A stretch of DNA of 64,000 nt, taken from positions 223,839 through 287,838 of the forward strand of contig CAVWFS010000014.1 of NCBI GenBank assembly GCA_963754315.1, written 5' to 3'. The translations under genes were made by a program, and so were the position numbers. How positions within the stretch are numbered: position 1 is the stretch's first letter; the number at the start of each line of letters is the position of its first letter. The notes below the pieces were generated by a model that saw nothing but the letters and a program-made list of their open reading frames with translations, was not told where the DNA came from and did no database searches. Positions 30,877 through 41,682 of this stretch are shown in pieces. The stretch comes from an uncultured Candidatus Rokubacteria bacterium. Lineage in GTDB: Bacteria; Methylomirabilota; Methylomirabilia; Rokubacteriales; CSP1-6.

Positions 30877-31646
30877 TCCTGCGCGCGGCTGTCGGTCTCG
30901 TCTACGCCTTCCTGCTGCTGCCCATGGTCGTGGTCGTGCTGGCCGCCTTCAACGCCGGCAACTACTTCACGTTTCCCCCGCAGGGCTTCTCGCTGAAATG
31001 GTTCGCCAACTTCTTCCAGCGGCGGGAGTTCATGCAGGCGCTCTGGCTCTCGACCGAGCTGGCCTTCTGGACGGCGGTGGTCTCCAGCGTCATCGGCACC
31101 GCGGCCGCCCTCGTGCTGGTGCGCGGACGCTTCCGGGGCCGCGACATGCTCAACGCCTTCGTCACCTCTCCCCTGCTCCTGCCGCAGATCCTCACCGGCG
31201 TCGCGCTCTTGCAGTTCTATACCCTGCTCAAGATGCAGGCCTCGTATCCGGCCCTTCTCATCGGCCATATCGTGGTCACCACGCCCTACGTGATCCGCAC
31301 GGTCACCGCCACCCTCACCCACTTCGATCTGGCCCTCGAGGAGGCCGCCCAGAGCCTCGGCGCCCATCCGGTACGCGCGTTCTTCGAGATCACGCTCGGC
31401 GTCATCAAGCCGGGGGTGGCGGCGGGGGCGATCTTCGCCTTCGCCATCTCCTTCGACAACTTCACCTTGTCCTTGTTCCTGACCAGCGCCAAGCTCACCC
31501 CGCTCCCCATCGAGCTGTTCGCCTATCTCAAGTACTCCTTCGATCCCACCGCGGCCGCGGTGTCCGCCTTCGCCATCGGGGTGGCGCTGGTGCTCGTGGT
31601 CGGCATCGCGCGCTTCATGGGGCTCGAGGAGTTCACCGGGTTCTGA
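30873..31646 (+). CDS. ABC permease (PotC-like)
   Basis: FPPQGFSLKWF, EEAAQSLGA, FAISFDNF, PLPIELF. Confidence 0.88.
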   Translation: MILRAAVGLVYAFLLLPMVVVVLAAFNAGNYFTFPPQGFSLKWFANFFQRREFMQALWLSTELAFWTAVVSSVIGTAAALVLVRGRFRGRDMLNAFVTSPLLLPQILTGVALLQFYTLLKMQASYPALLIGHIVVTTPYVIRTVTATLTHFDLALEEAAQSLGAHPVRAFFEITLGVIKPGVAAGAIFAFAISFDNFTLSLFLTSAKLTPLPIELFAYLKYSFDPTAAAVSAFAIGVALVLVVGIARFMGLEEFTGF

Positions 31647-32720
31647 TGCGACCCGTCGCCGCCGAGGAAATCGAGAGCCTGGCCATCGGCGCCTGGATCC
31701 TCGGCACCGGGGGCGGGGGCAGCCCCTACCTCGCGCTCTTGAACATGCGCCAGCTCTACCGGCAGGGCGTGGTGTGCCAGCTCATGGACGCCGCCGAACT
31801 GGCCGACGACGACCTGGTGGCCGTGGTCTCCAACATGGGCGCCCCGCTCGTCGGCCAGGAGCGCCTGACCGACCCGAAGACCATGGCGCTGGCCGTCACC
31901 ATGATGGAGGAGTACCTCGGTCGGACGTTCCGCGCGGTGATGTCGCTCGAGATCGGCGGCGGCAATTCCATACAACCCTTCATGGCGGCCGCCATGCTCG
32001 ACCGGCCCGTCGTGGACGGCGACTGCATGGGGCGCGCGTTTCCCGAAGCACAGATGACCAGCTTCGCCATCCACGATCTAAAGATGTACCCGCTGACCCT
32101 CGCCGACGTCCGCGACAACGCGGTGGTCGTCTCGCGGGCTGCCAGCTGGAAGTGGATGGAGCGCATCAGTCGCAAGGCGTGCGTGGAGGTCGGCTCCATC
32201 GCGTCGACCTGCAAGGCACCCCGGACGGGCCGCGAGATCAAGGACTGCGCGATCCTCGGCTCGACGACCAAGGCCATCGGCATCGGCCGCGCCGTCCAGG
32301 CCGCGCGGCGGGCTCACCGCGATCCGATCGACGCCGTGCTGGAGGTGGCGGACGGGCATCAAGCTCTTCACCGGCAAGATCAGCGACATCGCGCGGCGCA
32401 CGACCGAGGGCTTTCTGCGCGGGACGGCGACCATCGAGGGCCTGGACGGTTACCGGGGCCACACCTTCTCGCTCGCCTTCCAGAACGAGTTCGCGGTCGG
32501 CTGGCTCGACGGCCAGCCGCGGGTCATGACCCCCGATCTGATCTGCGTGCTCGATACGGTCTCTGGCGACGCCATCGGCACCGAGACCTTGCGCTACGGG
32601 CAGCGCGTGACGGTCATCGCCCTGCCCGCGCCGCCTATTCTCCTCACGCCCAAGGGAATCGAGCACGTGGGCCCGCGGGCCTTCGGCTACGACCTCGATT
32701 TCCGCTCGGTCTTCGCGTGA
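31646..32720 (+). CDS. DUF917 family protein; frameshift near 32355
   Basis: GAWILGTGGGG, MGAP, EIGGGN, DGDCMGRAFPE; FQNE and TPDLICVLD...TETLRYGQRV...VGPRAFGYD in the next frame. Confidence 0.88.
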
Positions 32721-34272
32721 GACGGCGGATCGGCATCGACGTCGGCGGCACCAACACCGACGCCGTCCTTCTGGAGGACGACACGGTGGCCGCCGCCGTG
32801 AAGACACCCACCACCTCGGACGTGACCACGGGGATCACCCGCGCCCTGGCCGAACTCGTCGAGCGGGCGCCGGCCGCGCGTGAAGCCCACGCGGCCATGA
32901 TCGGGACTACCCATTTCACCAACGCGGTGGTGCAGCGGCGCGACCTCGGCCGGGTGGCCGCCGTGCGCATCGGCCTGCCCTCCGGCGCCTCGCTGCCGCC
33001 CTTCGTGGACTGGCCGGAGGACCTGGCCAACTTGGTCCGCGGCGAGGTCGTCATGCTGGAGGGCGGCCACGAGTTCGACGGCCGCCCGCTCGTGCCGTTC
33101 GACCAGAAGGGCATGCGCGAGGCGGCCCGGCGCATCCGCGCGTCGGGCATCCGCTCGGTCGCGGTCGCCGCAGTGTTCTCGCCACTGAACGCCTCCGGCG
33201 AGGAGGAGGCGGCGGCCGTCCTCCGCGAGGAGTGCCCCGACGTCGCCATCACCCTGTCCCACCGCCTCGGCCGCATCGGCCTGCTCGAGCGCGAGAACGC
33301 GGCCTTGCTCAACGCCTGCCTGGTCGAGCTGGCCCGCAAGACAACGCGCTCCTTCACGGAGGCCCTGCGTCGGAGCGGCATCCAGGCGCCGCTCTATCTC
33401 ACCCAGAACGACGGCACCGTCATGCTGGCGGAGGTGGCCGAGGCCTATCCCGTCTACTCCTTCGCCTCGGGGCCGACCAACTCCATGCGCGGGGCCGCCT
33501 TCCTCTCCACCCGCGACGAGGCGCTGGTGATCGACGTGGGGGGCACCACTACCGACATCGGCAGCCTCCGCCACGGCTTCCCCCGCGAGGCCAACAACGT
33601 GGTCGAGATCGGCGGCGTGCGCACGCTCTTCCGCATGCCCGACCTGCTGTCCCTCGGCCTGGGCGGTGGAACGCGCGTGACCGCGGGGCCGCCGGCGCTC
33701 GCCATCGGGCCGGCCAGCGTGGGCTATCGCCTCACCGAGCAGGCGCTCGTGTTCGGCGGCGACGTCCTCACCGTCACCGACATCGCGGTGGCCGCCGGCC
33801 TCATCGACCTCGGCGACCGCGCGCGGGTGGCCGCGCTGCCCGCCGCGCTGGTGAAGGAGGCCCTCGCCCGCATCCGCGCCATGCTCGAGGAGGGGGTCGA
33901 CCGGATGAAGACCGAGGCGGCCGACACGCCCCTGATCGCCGTCGGCGGCGGCTCGTTCCTGGTGCCGGGCGCCTGGCCGGCGTCTCCGAGCATCCTCAAC
34001 GTTCCCCACCAGGCCGTGGCCAACGCAGTCGGCGCCGCCATCGCCCAGGTCAGCGGCGAGGTGGACCAGATCTTCCAGGATCTCTCCCGCGACGAGGCGA
34101 TCGGCCGAGCGCGTCAGCTCGCCGAGGACAAGGCGGTGGCGGCCGGCGCCGACCGCAAGACTCTGACCGTGGTGGAAGTGGAGGACTTGCCGCTCGCCTA
34201 CCTGCCCGGGCAACTCGCTGCGCACGCGGGTGCGGGTCGTGGGGGACATCGCAGGGGAAGACGTCCCCGTAG
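32717..34272 (+). CDS. Hydantoinase/oxoprolinase N-terminal-type protein; several indels near the 3' end
   Basis: IGIDVGGTNTDAV, GTTHFTNA, GLLERENA, SGPTNSMRGA, DVGGTTTD, ANAVGAA, PLAYLPG. Confidence 0.85.
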
Positions 34273-34286
34273 CACAGGGAGGCCCC

Positions 34287-35750
34287 GTGAGCAACAACGG
34301 TCACCCAACGCCCGAGCAGATCCGCGCGCGCCTCTCCCATCCCGTCGTCGACGCCGATGGACACTGGCTGCACTACGGGCCCGTGTTCCGGGAAGAGATC
34401 CGGAAGGTGGGTGGCGACACCGCCCTCCAGGGAGTCCTCTCAGTAAGCAAAGGCACCCGGGAGGCCTTGTCGATGTCCGTCGCGGAGCGGAGGCGCCGGG
34501 GCATCGCGCAGGAGTCCTTCTGGTCGTTTCCAGAGAAAAACACGCGCGATCGCGCGACCGGCATGCTGCCGCGGCTCCTCCACGCGCGACTCGGAGAGAT
34601 CGGCCTCGATTACGCGGTCGTCTACCCCACAGCCGGCAGCGTCCCGCGCATCAAGCACGATGCCCAGCGCCGCGCTGCGTGCCGGGCCTTCAACGTGGTG
34701 ACCATGGAATACTTCCACAAGCTCACGGACCGGCTCTCCCCCGCCGCCATCATCCCGATGCACACGCCCGACGAGGCGGTCGAGGAGCTCGAGCACGCAA
34801 CGGAGCTCGGGTTCAAGGTCGGGATGTTCGGCAGTCTCCCGCCGCGTCCGGTGGCGTCGGTCGGTACCGCCGATCCTGAGGCCGCGCGCTTCGCCGTCTG
34901 GTACGACACGCTCGGCCTGGACAGCGCGTACGACTACGATCGCGTGTGGAAGCGATGCGTTGAGCTGAAGGTTGCGCCTACCTTTCACACCGGGGTCCGG
35001 CGGCAAGGGCTGCGTCTTTCGCCAACGAATTTCACCTACAATCACATCGGGCACTTCGCGGCCGCGGGTCACGCGGTCTGCAAGGCACTCTTCCTGGGCG
35101 GGGTGACGCGCCGTTTCCCGAGCCTCCGGTTTGCGTTCTTGGAGGGCGGCGTGGGATGGGCGTGCATGCTCTTCGCTGACCTCATCGGTCACTGGGAGAA
35201 GCGGAACCGGAAGGCACTCGAAGAGACCGATCCGCGGTCATTGGATCGCGCGCTCCTCATGCGCGAGGCGCGGAAGTACGGGTACGACGACATCGTCGCC
35301 GCGCTCGAGAAGCGTGGTGGATGGCCCGACCCCGAGGCGGCGGACCTTACCGGTGGCCTCGCCGACCTCGACGACTACGCGGCGTGCCGGATCGAGCGCA
35401 GGGAGGACTGGCGCGATCTCTTCGTCACGCCCTTTTACTTCGGCTGCGAGGCGGACGACCGGATCAACGCGTGGGCGTTCGACCGTCGCGTAAACTCCTT
35501 CGGCGCGCGTTTGAATGCCATCTTCGGCTCCGACATCAGTCACTTCGATGTGCCCGACATGCGCGCGGTGCTGCCCGAGGCCTTCGAGCTCGTGGAGGGA
35601 GGTCTCATCACCTCCGACGACTTCCGCGACTTCACCTTTGCGAATGCGGTGCGGCTCTGGGGCGAAGTGAACCCGCAGTTCTTCGAGGGGACGGCGGTGG
35701 CGAGGGAGGCGGCCGCAGTGCTCGCGGCATCCGCATCCAGCGCGGAATAG
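34287..35750 (+). CDS. Amidohydrolase family protein (amidohydro_2-like)
   Basis: VVDADGH, YPT, PTFH, FLEGG, FGSDISHFD; GGAGG SD before GTG 34287. Confidence 0.85.
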   Translation: MSNNGHPTPEQIRARLSHPVVDADGHWLHYGPVFREEIRKVGGDTALQGVLSVSKGTREALSMSVAERRRRGIAQESFWSFPEKNTRDRATGMLPRLLHARLGEIGLDYAVVYPTAGSVPRIKHDAQRRAACRAFNVVTMEYFHKLTDRLSPAAIIPMHTPDEAVEELEHATELGFKVGMFGSLPPRPVASVGTADPEAARFAVWYDTLGLDSAYDYDRVWKRCVELKVAPTFHTGVRRQGLRLSPTNFTYNHIGHFAAAGHAVCKALFLGGVTRRFPSLRFAFLEGGVGWACMLFADLIGHWEKRNRKALEETDPRSLDRALLMREARKYGYDDIVAALEKRGGWPDPEAADLTGGLADLDDYAACRIERREDWRDLFVTPFYFGCEADDRINAWAFDRRVNSFGARLNAIFGSDISHFDVPDMRAVLPEAFELVEGGLITSDDFRDFTFANAVRLWGEVNPQFFEGTAVAREAAAVLAASASSAE

Positions 35751-35753
35751 CAG

Positions 35754-36341
35754 ATGATCCGGAGGCGGATGAACCACGACCTGAAGGACAGCGACCTCCC
35801 TACCGTGTTGGCGGAGGGCTTCCTTGTCGCCGATGAGACGCAGCGCCTGTTCGGCCGGCTCTCCGGGGCTCAAGTGAACTGGAAGCCGAGCGAGGTGGAG
35901 TGGAGCATCGGCCAGTGCTTCGACCATCTGATCATCTCGAACAGCCCTTACGTGCAGATCTTCGAGGACATCCTGGCCGGACGGCGGCGCCCGCGGCTCT
36001 GGGAGCGCATGCCCCTGCTTCCGCGTTTCTTCGGAAAGCTGCTCATCACGACGCTCCGTCCCGACTCCGGACGGAGGGTCAAGGCACGGCCAGCCTTCCA
36101 CCCTTCGAACAGCCACATCGCGCCGGCGATCATCGCCACCTTCCTCGAGCAGCAGGCACGGCTGCTGCGCCTCATGAACGCCAGCCGCCACCTCGATCTC
36201 GAGCGCATCACCATCACGTCGCCGGTGCTGCCTGTCTTCATCTACAGCCTGCAGGACGCCTGCCGCATCATCGTCGTGCACGAGCAGAACCACTACATCC
36301 AGGCGACCCGGGTCATGGAGGCACCCGGCTTCCCTGGTTAG
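35754..36341 (+). CDS. DinB family protein
   Basis: WSIGQCFDHL and HEQNHYIQA metal-binding histidines. Confidence 0.85.
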   Translation: MIRRRMNHDLKDSDLPTVLAEGFLVADETQRLFGRLSGAQVNWKPSEVEWSIGQCFDHLIISNSPYVQIFEDILAGRRRPRLWERMPLLPRFFGKLLITTLRPDSGRRVKARPAFHPSNSHIAPAIIATFLEQQARLLRLMNASRHLDLERITITSPVLPVFIYSLQDACRIIVVHEQNHYIQATRVMEAPGFPG

Positions 36342-37129
36342 CCGACGCGCGGCTCGAGCAGCAAGGTCTGGAGCGAGCGTCCCACCAGGCCGGTCGTGTC
36401 CCAGAGCCGGGCCCGCGCCAGGCCGATGCCGTGCGTCTCGCCCGTGGCAGCCGCGTCGAGACACATCCATTCACCGACCGGCGCCCGGTGCAGGGCGATC
36501 GTCAGGTCGCCGTTCACGAACGTCGCCCGCGCCGGGTCCACGACCACGGCCACGCCGCTCGCGGAGTCGGCGGCGGTGACGAGGCACTCGAGCGGCGGCG
36601 TGGGCGTCTCGCCGGCGACGAGCGGAACGCGCGGCCGGAGCCACATCGCCACCGGCCCACCTCCCCACGTTCCCTTCGCCAGCCGCCACTCCATCGCGCG
36701 GTGATACCCCTCGTCGCCCGTCATGAGCGGAAGCTCGAACGGGGCGCTCGCCGCCGGGGGGACCGGTGCCGCCAATGTCTCGAGAGTCACGGCGACGCTG
36801 CCAGGCGCCACACGCATGATCAGGCACGTTGCCTCGATCACGGCGGCACCATCCTCGGCGAGCACGCTGCCGGCGAGGCGCTGGACCTTGGCGCCGGCGC
36901 GGACCACGCGCGTGGTGATTGTCACCGGCGCCAGCGGCACGGGACGCAGGAAGTCGAAGGTCAGGCGCGCGATGTGCGTCTGCGGCCCGGTCTGTCGCGC
37001 GAACGCCCGGGCCAGGAGGGCGGCGGGCGGACCGCCGTGCTGGTGTCGCGGGCTCCAGGGCCCGCGCGCCGACGCAGACGGGACAAACCGATCGCCGTCG
37101 GCGATGAAAAAGGCGGGGCGGGAGCTCAC
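36338..37129 (-). CDS. Thioesterase family protein (double hot-dog, TesB-like)
   Basis: GPWSPRHQHGGPPAALLA, DFLRPVP, AADSASG, FVNGDLTI; GAGGAGG SD. Confidence 0.85.
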   Translation of the reverse strand: MSSRPAFFIADGDRFVPSASARGPWSPRHQHGGPPAALLARAFARQTGPQTHIARLTFDFLRPVPLAPVTITTRVVRAGAKVQRLAGSVLAEDGAAVIEATCLIMRVAPGSVAVTLETLAAPVPPAASAPFELPLMTGDEGYHRAMEWRLAKGTWGGGPVAMWLRPRVPLVAGETPTPPLECLVTAADSASGVAVVVDPARATFVNGDLTIALHRAPVGEWMCLDAAATGETHGIGLARARLWDTTGLVGRSLQTLLLEPRVG

Positions 37130-37251
37130 GCCTCCTCGCCGGGATCGGGCCGCGACATCGCCGTTCCCTCGAGTGACGGATGGCCGTGCGCCTGCGTCAG
37201 CGTGAGGGCAGCGACGAGGGGAACGGCGCGCAGCAGGGCGAGTCCGCTCAT
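37126..37251 (-). CDS. Putative 41-aa small protein with signal-peptide-like N-terminus
   Basis: MSGLALLRAVPLVAALTLTQAHGHPSLEGTAMSRPDPGEEA*; TGnTAGCAT -10 six nt upstream; GTGA overlap with thioesterase start. Confidence 0.45.
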   Translation of the reverse strand: MSGLALLRAVPLVAALTLTQAHGHPSLEGTAMSRPDPGEEA

Positions 37252-37321
37252 GCCCGCATGCTAGCATCCGCCGCCGGCGCCTCAGCCATTCACCGGCCGA
37301 CGATGCAGAATGTGTGGAACG

Positions 37322-38235
37322 TCACGACGTGCGCGTGCGGGGGTCGAGCACGTCGCGGAGCGCATCACCCACCAGGTTCAGCGAGAGCACGACGACGAAG
37401 ATGGCGAGCCCGGGCAAGAGCACCACGTGCGGGCGCAGGATCACGAACTGACGCCCGGTGGCGAGCATGCTGCCCCAGTCGGCCGTCGGCGGCTGCGTAC
37501 CGAGCCCCAGGAAGGAAAGGCCGGCGGTGGCGAGGATCTTGGCGCCCACGTCGAGGCTGAAGGCCACGATGACCGGCGAGAGCAGGTGGGGCAGGATGTG
37601 CCGGCCAAGGATCACCAGGTCGCCGCTGCCGAGCGCGCGGGCCGCCTCCACGAACTCGCGTTCGCGCAGGGACAGTACGATTCCGCGCACCAGCCTGGTG
37701 TAGATCGGGAAGCCCACGATGGCGAGGGCAACCATGGCGTTGCCCAGCCCGGGGCCGAGCCCGGCCACGATGGCGATCGCGAGCAGGACGAATGGAAAGG
37801 CCATCAAGATGTCGGTGAGTCGCATCACGACGGTCTCGATCCACCCCGAATAGAAGCCGCCGAGCACCCCGAGAGCCACGCCGATCAGCATCGCCGCCGC
37901 CGCGGTGACGACGCCGGCCAGGAGGGATATGCGACCGCCCCAGATCAGACGCGCCAAGAGATCGCGTCCGAACTCGTCGGTGCCCAGCACATGGCCGGCG
38001 CTGAGTGGCGGCCGCAGGCGATTCGGCGTGTTCACGACATCGGGGTCGAGCAACGGCAAATAGGGGGCGAGCACCGCTGCCAGGTGGCCGCCAGCAACGT
38101 CAGGGCGGCCGCCACGGCCAGTCGGTTGCTCCGCGCTAGACGCGCGACGGAGCGGCCGAACGAGGGCGCCGCGCTCGCGCTGTCGTCGACCAACCGGTCG
38201 CGGCCGACGGCGACGGCCGCTCCGCCACTACTCAT
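37322..38235 (-). CDS. Peptide ABC permease (DppC-like); frameshift near 38080
   Basis: HVLGTDEFGRDLLAR, FVEAARALG, LSFLGLG, NLVGDALRDVLDPR. Confidence 0.88.
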
Positions 38236-39178
38236 ATCGGATCCGCGGGTCGAGCCATGCGTAGAGGAGATCGACGAAGAGGTTGATGAGGACGAAGGTG
38301 AAGGCGACCAGCAGCACGCACCCCTGCACGAGCGGGAAGTCGCGCGCGAGGATGCCCTGCACCATGAGGGTGCCCACGCCCGGCCAGGCGAAGACGGTCT
38401 CGGTGAACACGGCGCCCCCGAGGAGGTATCCGGCCTGCACGCCGACCACGGTGACGATGGGGATGAGAGCGTTCTTCAGCCCGTGGCGCAGCACCACCCC
38501 CCGCTCGACGACGCCCTTGGCGCGCGCCGTGCGGATGTAGTCCTGTCCGAGGATCTCGAGCAAGGTGCTGCGCGTGAGTCGGGCGATGATCGTCATGGAG
38601 GCGGCGGCCAGGGTGAGGGCCGGCAGGACGAGGTGGGCAAGGAGGTCGCGAAGGTCGCCGCCCCCGTACGGTGCGTACATGCCGGAGGCGGGCAGCCAGC
38701 GGAGCCACAACGCGAAGAGCACCATCAAGACGATACCGAGCCAGAAGACGGGCATGCTGGCGCCGAACAGCGAGGCCACCGCACTCAGCCGGTCCAGGAG
38801 CGAGTTGCGCCGCGTGGCTGATAGCACGCCGAGCCCGACTCCGCACAGAGTGGAGATGAGAAGGGCAGTACCGGTGAGGATCAGCGTGGCCTTGAAGCGC
38901 TCGAGCACTTCCGGGAGCACCGGGCGCTTCATCCACAAGGAGCGGCCGAGATCGCCCCGGATCACGTGGGCGATCCAGCGGATGTATTGGACGGGCAGCG
39001 GCTCGTTGAGCCCGAGATCGGCCCGCAGACGGGCCAGGTCTTCCTGGGTCACCTGCGAGCCAAGCATGATCTCCGCCGGGTCCCCGGGGGCCAGGTGGAG
39101 AATCATGAAGACGACGATGGACACCCCCACCAGAACCGGCACCAGCAGCAGGAGCCGGCGGGCGAGGTAGCGTCTCAC
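38228..39178 (-). CDS. Peptide ABC permease (DppB-like)
   Basis: APGDPA, DYIRTARAKG, ETVFAWPGVG, DPRIRY. Confidence 0.92.
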   Translation of the reverse strand: MRRYLARRLLLLVPVLVGVSIVVFMILHLAPGDPAEIMLGSQVTQEDLARLRADLGLNEPLPVQYIRWIAHVIRGDLGRSLWMKRPVLPEVLERFKATLILTGTALLISTLCGVGLGVLSATRRNSLLDRLSAVASLFGASMPVFWLGIVLMVLFALWLRWLPASGMYAPYGGGDLRDLLAHLVLPALTLAAASMTIIARLTRSTLLEILGQDYIRTARAKGVVERGVVLRHGLKNALIPIVTVVGVQAGYLLGGAVFTETVFAWPGVGTLMVQGILARDFPLVQGCVLLVAFTFVLINLFVDLLYAWLDPRIRYE

Positions 39179-40734
39179 TTCACTGAGATCGTCTCGACAC
39201 GAAGGTCGAAGCTCGGGTGGAGCTTGAATCCCTGCACGCGCTTGGTATGCGCGGCCACCTGGATCTCATGGTCGACGAAGATCCAGGGCGGATCATCGTG
39301 CAGGATCCGTTGGGCCTCGCGGTAGAGCTCGGCGCGCTTGGCCTGATCGGTCGAGATGCGGGCCTGATGCAGGAGATCGTCGAACTTGGGGTTCTTGTAG
39401 AGAGCCCGGTTGGGTCCCCCCGGTGTCCACTGCGTCGAGTGCAGGAGCGGGTACATGACCATGTCGGGGTCCTCGTTGCCCGCCATCCACGACAGCGCGA
39501 ACAGCTCCTGCTCTTTCGTGCGGAGCTTCGCCAGGAAGGCGCCCCACTCCATGGTCTGCAGGGTCACGTTGATCCCGACCGCCTTCAGATTCGACTGGAT
39601 CACGGTGGACATCGCCACCGAGGACTGCATGCCGGAGCCTGACTCAGGCGTCCACAAGGTCGTGGAGAAGCCGTTCGGGTAGCCGGCTTCGGCCAGGAGC
39701 TTCTTGGCCCGTGCCGGGTCGTACGCGAAGGGCTTGATCGTCGGCTCGGCGCCCCACGTGCCCGGCAACACCGGCCCGGCCGAGGCGGCGCCCGTCCCCT
39801 TGAGCACATCGCGAACGATCGCCTCCTTGTTCACGGCGTAGTTGAGCGCCTGGCGCACGCGCTTGTCCTCGAACGGTTTCTTCTGGTTGTTGATGCCGAG
39901 ATACCAGACATGGGCGCCCACCTGCTTGAGCAGGGTGAGTCGCGCGTCCTTCTCGAGTTGGCCGACGAAGTCCGGCGGCACGCCCACGATAAGGTCGAGG
40001 GAGCCAGTGAGCAGTTCGGTCAGTCGTGCCTGATCCTCCACGATGGACCGGAAGACGACCCGCTCCAGCTTGACCGGGAACCGCCAGTAGCTTGGGTTCT
40101 TCTCCAGGACCACCTTCTGTCCACTGTCCCACTGCACGAACTTGAAGGGGCCCGTTCCCACCGGATGCAGCGCGTAGTCGGCGCCCCACTTGCGGACCGC
40201 GGTCGGGCTCACGATCGAGGCGGCGCCCGCCGTCAAGACGGCCAGGAACGACGCCCGCGCCTCCTTCAGGACGATCTCCACCGTCTGTGGGTCAATCACC
40301 TCCACGGCCTTGACGGTGCCGAAGAAGTAGTTGGCGAACGGGTACTTGCCGAGCTTGTTGAACGGGTGCTCGGGCAAGATCTGTCGTTCGATCGAGAACT
40401 TCACCGCCTCGGCGTTGAAGGGCGTGCCGTCGTGGAAGGTGATGCCCTTTCGAAGCTTGAACGTGTAGCGCAGACCATCCTTCGATATCGTCCAGGACTC
40501 GGCCAGCCCCGGCACGATCTGGGTGCTCTCCTCGGGGAAGGTAACCAGGGTCTCGACGATCCGGCGACCGACCCGGTTGGAGTTGAGGTCAGTGACCTGG
40601 GCGGGGTCGAGGTTCACCGGCTCCGCCACGAGCCCCACCACCAGCGTGCCCACAGGCTGGGCCGCCGCCGGGGCGGCACCGACCAGGCCGATCAGCATTG
40701 CCACCCCTGCGAGCCACGCCGTTGTGACGCTCAT
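39175..40734 (-). CDS. Dipeptide/glutathione-type ABC substrate-binding protein (family 5)
   Basis: Signal peptide; LAESWTISKDGLRYTFKLRKGITFHDG, PVGTGPF, RVRQALNYAVN. Confidence 0.92.
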   Translation of the reverse strand: MSVTTAWLAGVAMLIGLVGAAPAAAQPVGTLVVGLVAEPVNLDPAQVTDLNSNRVGRRIVETLVTFPEESTQIVPGLAESWTISKDGLRYTFKLRKGITFHDGTPFNAEAVKFSIERQILPEHPFNKLGKYPFANYFFGTVKAVEVIDPQTVEIVLKEARASFLAVLTAGAASIVSPTAVRKWGADYALHPVGTGPFKFVQWDSGQKVVLEKNPSYWRFPVKLERVVFRSIVEDQARLTELLTGSLDLIVGVPPDFVGQLEKDARLTLLKQVGAHVWYLGINNQKKPFEDKRVRQALNYAVNKEAIVRDVLKGTGAASAGPVLPGTWGAEPTIKPFAYDPARAKKLLAEAGYPNGFSTTLWTPESGSGMQSSVAMSTVIQSNLKAVGINVTLQTMEWGAFLAKLRTKEQELFALSWMAGNEDPDMVMYPLLHSTQWTPGGPNRALYKNPKFDDLLHQARISTDQAKRAELYREAQRILHDDPPWIFVDHEIQVAAHTKRVQGFKLHPSFDLRVETISVK

Positions 40735-41071
40735 GGTGTGCCTCCCTCAGAGACGTTCAGCGGCCGAGAGCGTGGTCACGGTACCTCACCGATGGGGGAT
40801 CGCGCAAGGCGGCCGTCGTCGTGGGGCGCTCTCGCGGACGTCTCATGATCGCGTCAACATGCGCCCGCCGGATCGGCGCCGCCCGCGGTTCGCGCGACGT
40901 CGCCGCCACGCCCGGCGTGCTAGGCTGTCCAGCGCCGTGAGTTCCTCACGGGAGAGTGGCGCAGAAAGACATATGCTCATCAGCCACCTGATAGCGACTA
41001 AGTGAACGCCGCGCCCACGGCGGCGCTGGGCAGTATCGCGGGTAAGGACCGGCTGCCGGAGGGGAATTGTC

Positions 41072-41671
41072 ATGACGGTCGCGCGGTTTCCACAGCGGAT
41101 CGGTCAGGTAATCCTGTCTGTTCAGATTGTCGGGCTGATGATCACGCCGGCTCTCGCCGCCGACGACGCCAGCACAGCGTGGGCGGCGCTGGTCACGGGC
41201 GGCCACGTCGCCGTGATTCGCCATGGCAACGCGCCCCCTGGCTACGGCGGCGATCCGCCCGGCTTCACGTTCGACGACTGCACCACGCAACGGAATCTGG
41301 ATGATATAGGGCGCGCGCAGGCCAGGGCGCTCGGGGAGGCCTTTCGCCAGCGCGGCGTTCGCGTGGACCGGATCGTGTCCTCGCCGATATGCCGCTGCCT
41401 GGAGACCGGCCAGTTGATGGCGGTTGGCTCGGTGGAAACGTCGTGGTCCCTTCTTCCTGATACGCGTGGGAGCGCGGTGCGCGTGGTGGGGTTGAAAGAG
41501 ATGGTGTCCTCGTGGCGCGGCCCGGGCACGCTCGTGCTCGTGACCCACGCGCTCACCGTTGGTCCCCTCGGGTTCTTCCTGGAACAAGCCGAAACGGCCG
41601 TACTGCAACCCGCGCCCGGGAATCCCCAGGCGGGAACTCTCGTGGGCAGGATCCCGCCACCCAAACAATAA
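41072..41671 (+). CDS. Histidine phosphatase family protein (exported)
   Basis: RHG motif, QRNL, SSPICRCLET, LVTH. Confidence 0.85.
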   Translation: MTVARFPQRIGQVILSVQIVGLMITPALAADDASTAWAALVTGGHVAVIRHGNAPPGYGGDPPGFTFDDCTTQRNLDDIGRAQARALGEAFRQRGVRVDRIVSSPICRCLETGQLMAVGSVETSWSLLPDTRGSAVRVVGLKEMVSSWRGPGTLVLVTHALTVGPLGFFLEQAETAVLQPAPGNPQAGTLVGRIPPPKQ

Positions 41672-41682
41672 CGCGGTGCGCC

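Noticed and set aside
34200..34300. Apparent in-frame hydantoinase-amidohydrolase fusion
   Set aside because: A TAG at 34270-34272 follows a GGGG run, and a GGAGG SD with GTG at 34287 fits two separate genes with a one-base error; not fully excluded without reads.
30998..34879. 1293-aa giant ORF
   Set aside because: Chimera of the DUF917 N-half, out-of-frame linkers and the hydantoinase, produced by indels in stop-poor GC-rich DNA.
40920..41070. Hairpins (CCGTGAG-ttc-CTCACGG) and micro-ORF MLISHLIATK as a riboswitch or leader peptide
   Set aside because: No match to any riboswitch consensus I can recognise; short GC hairpins are common by chance here.
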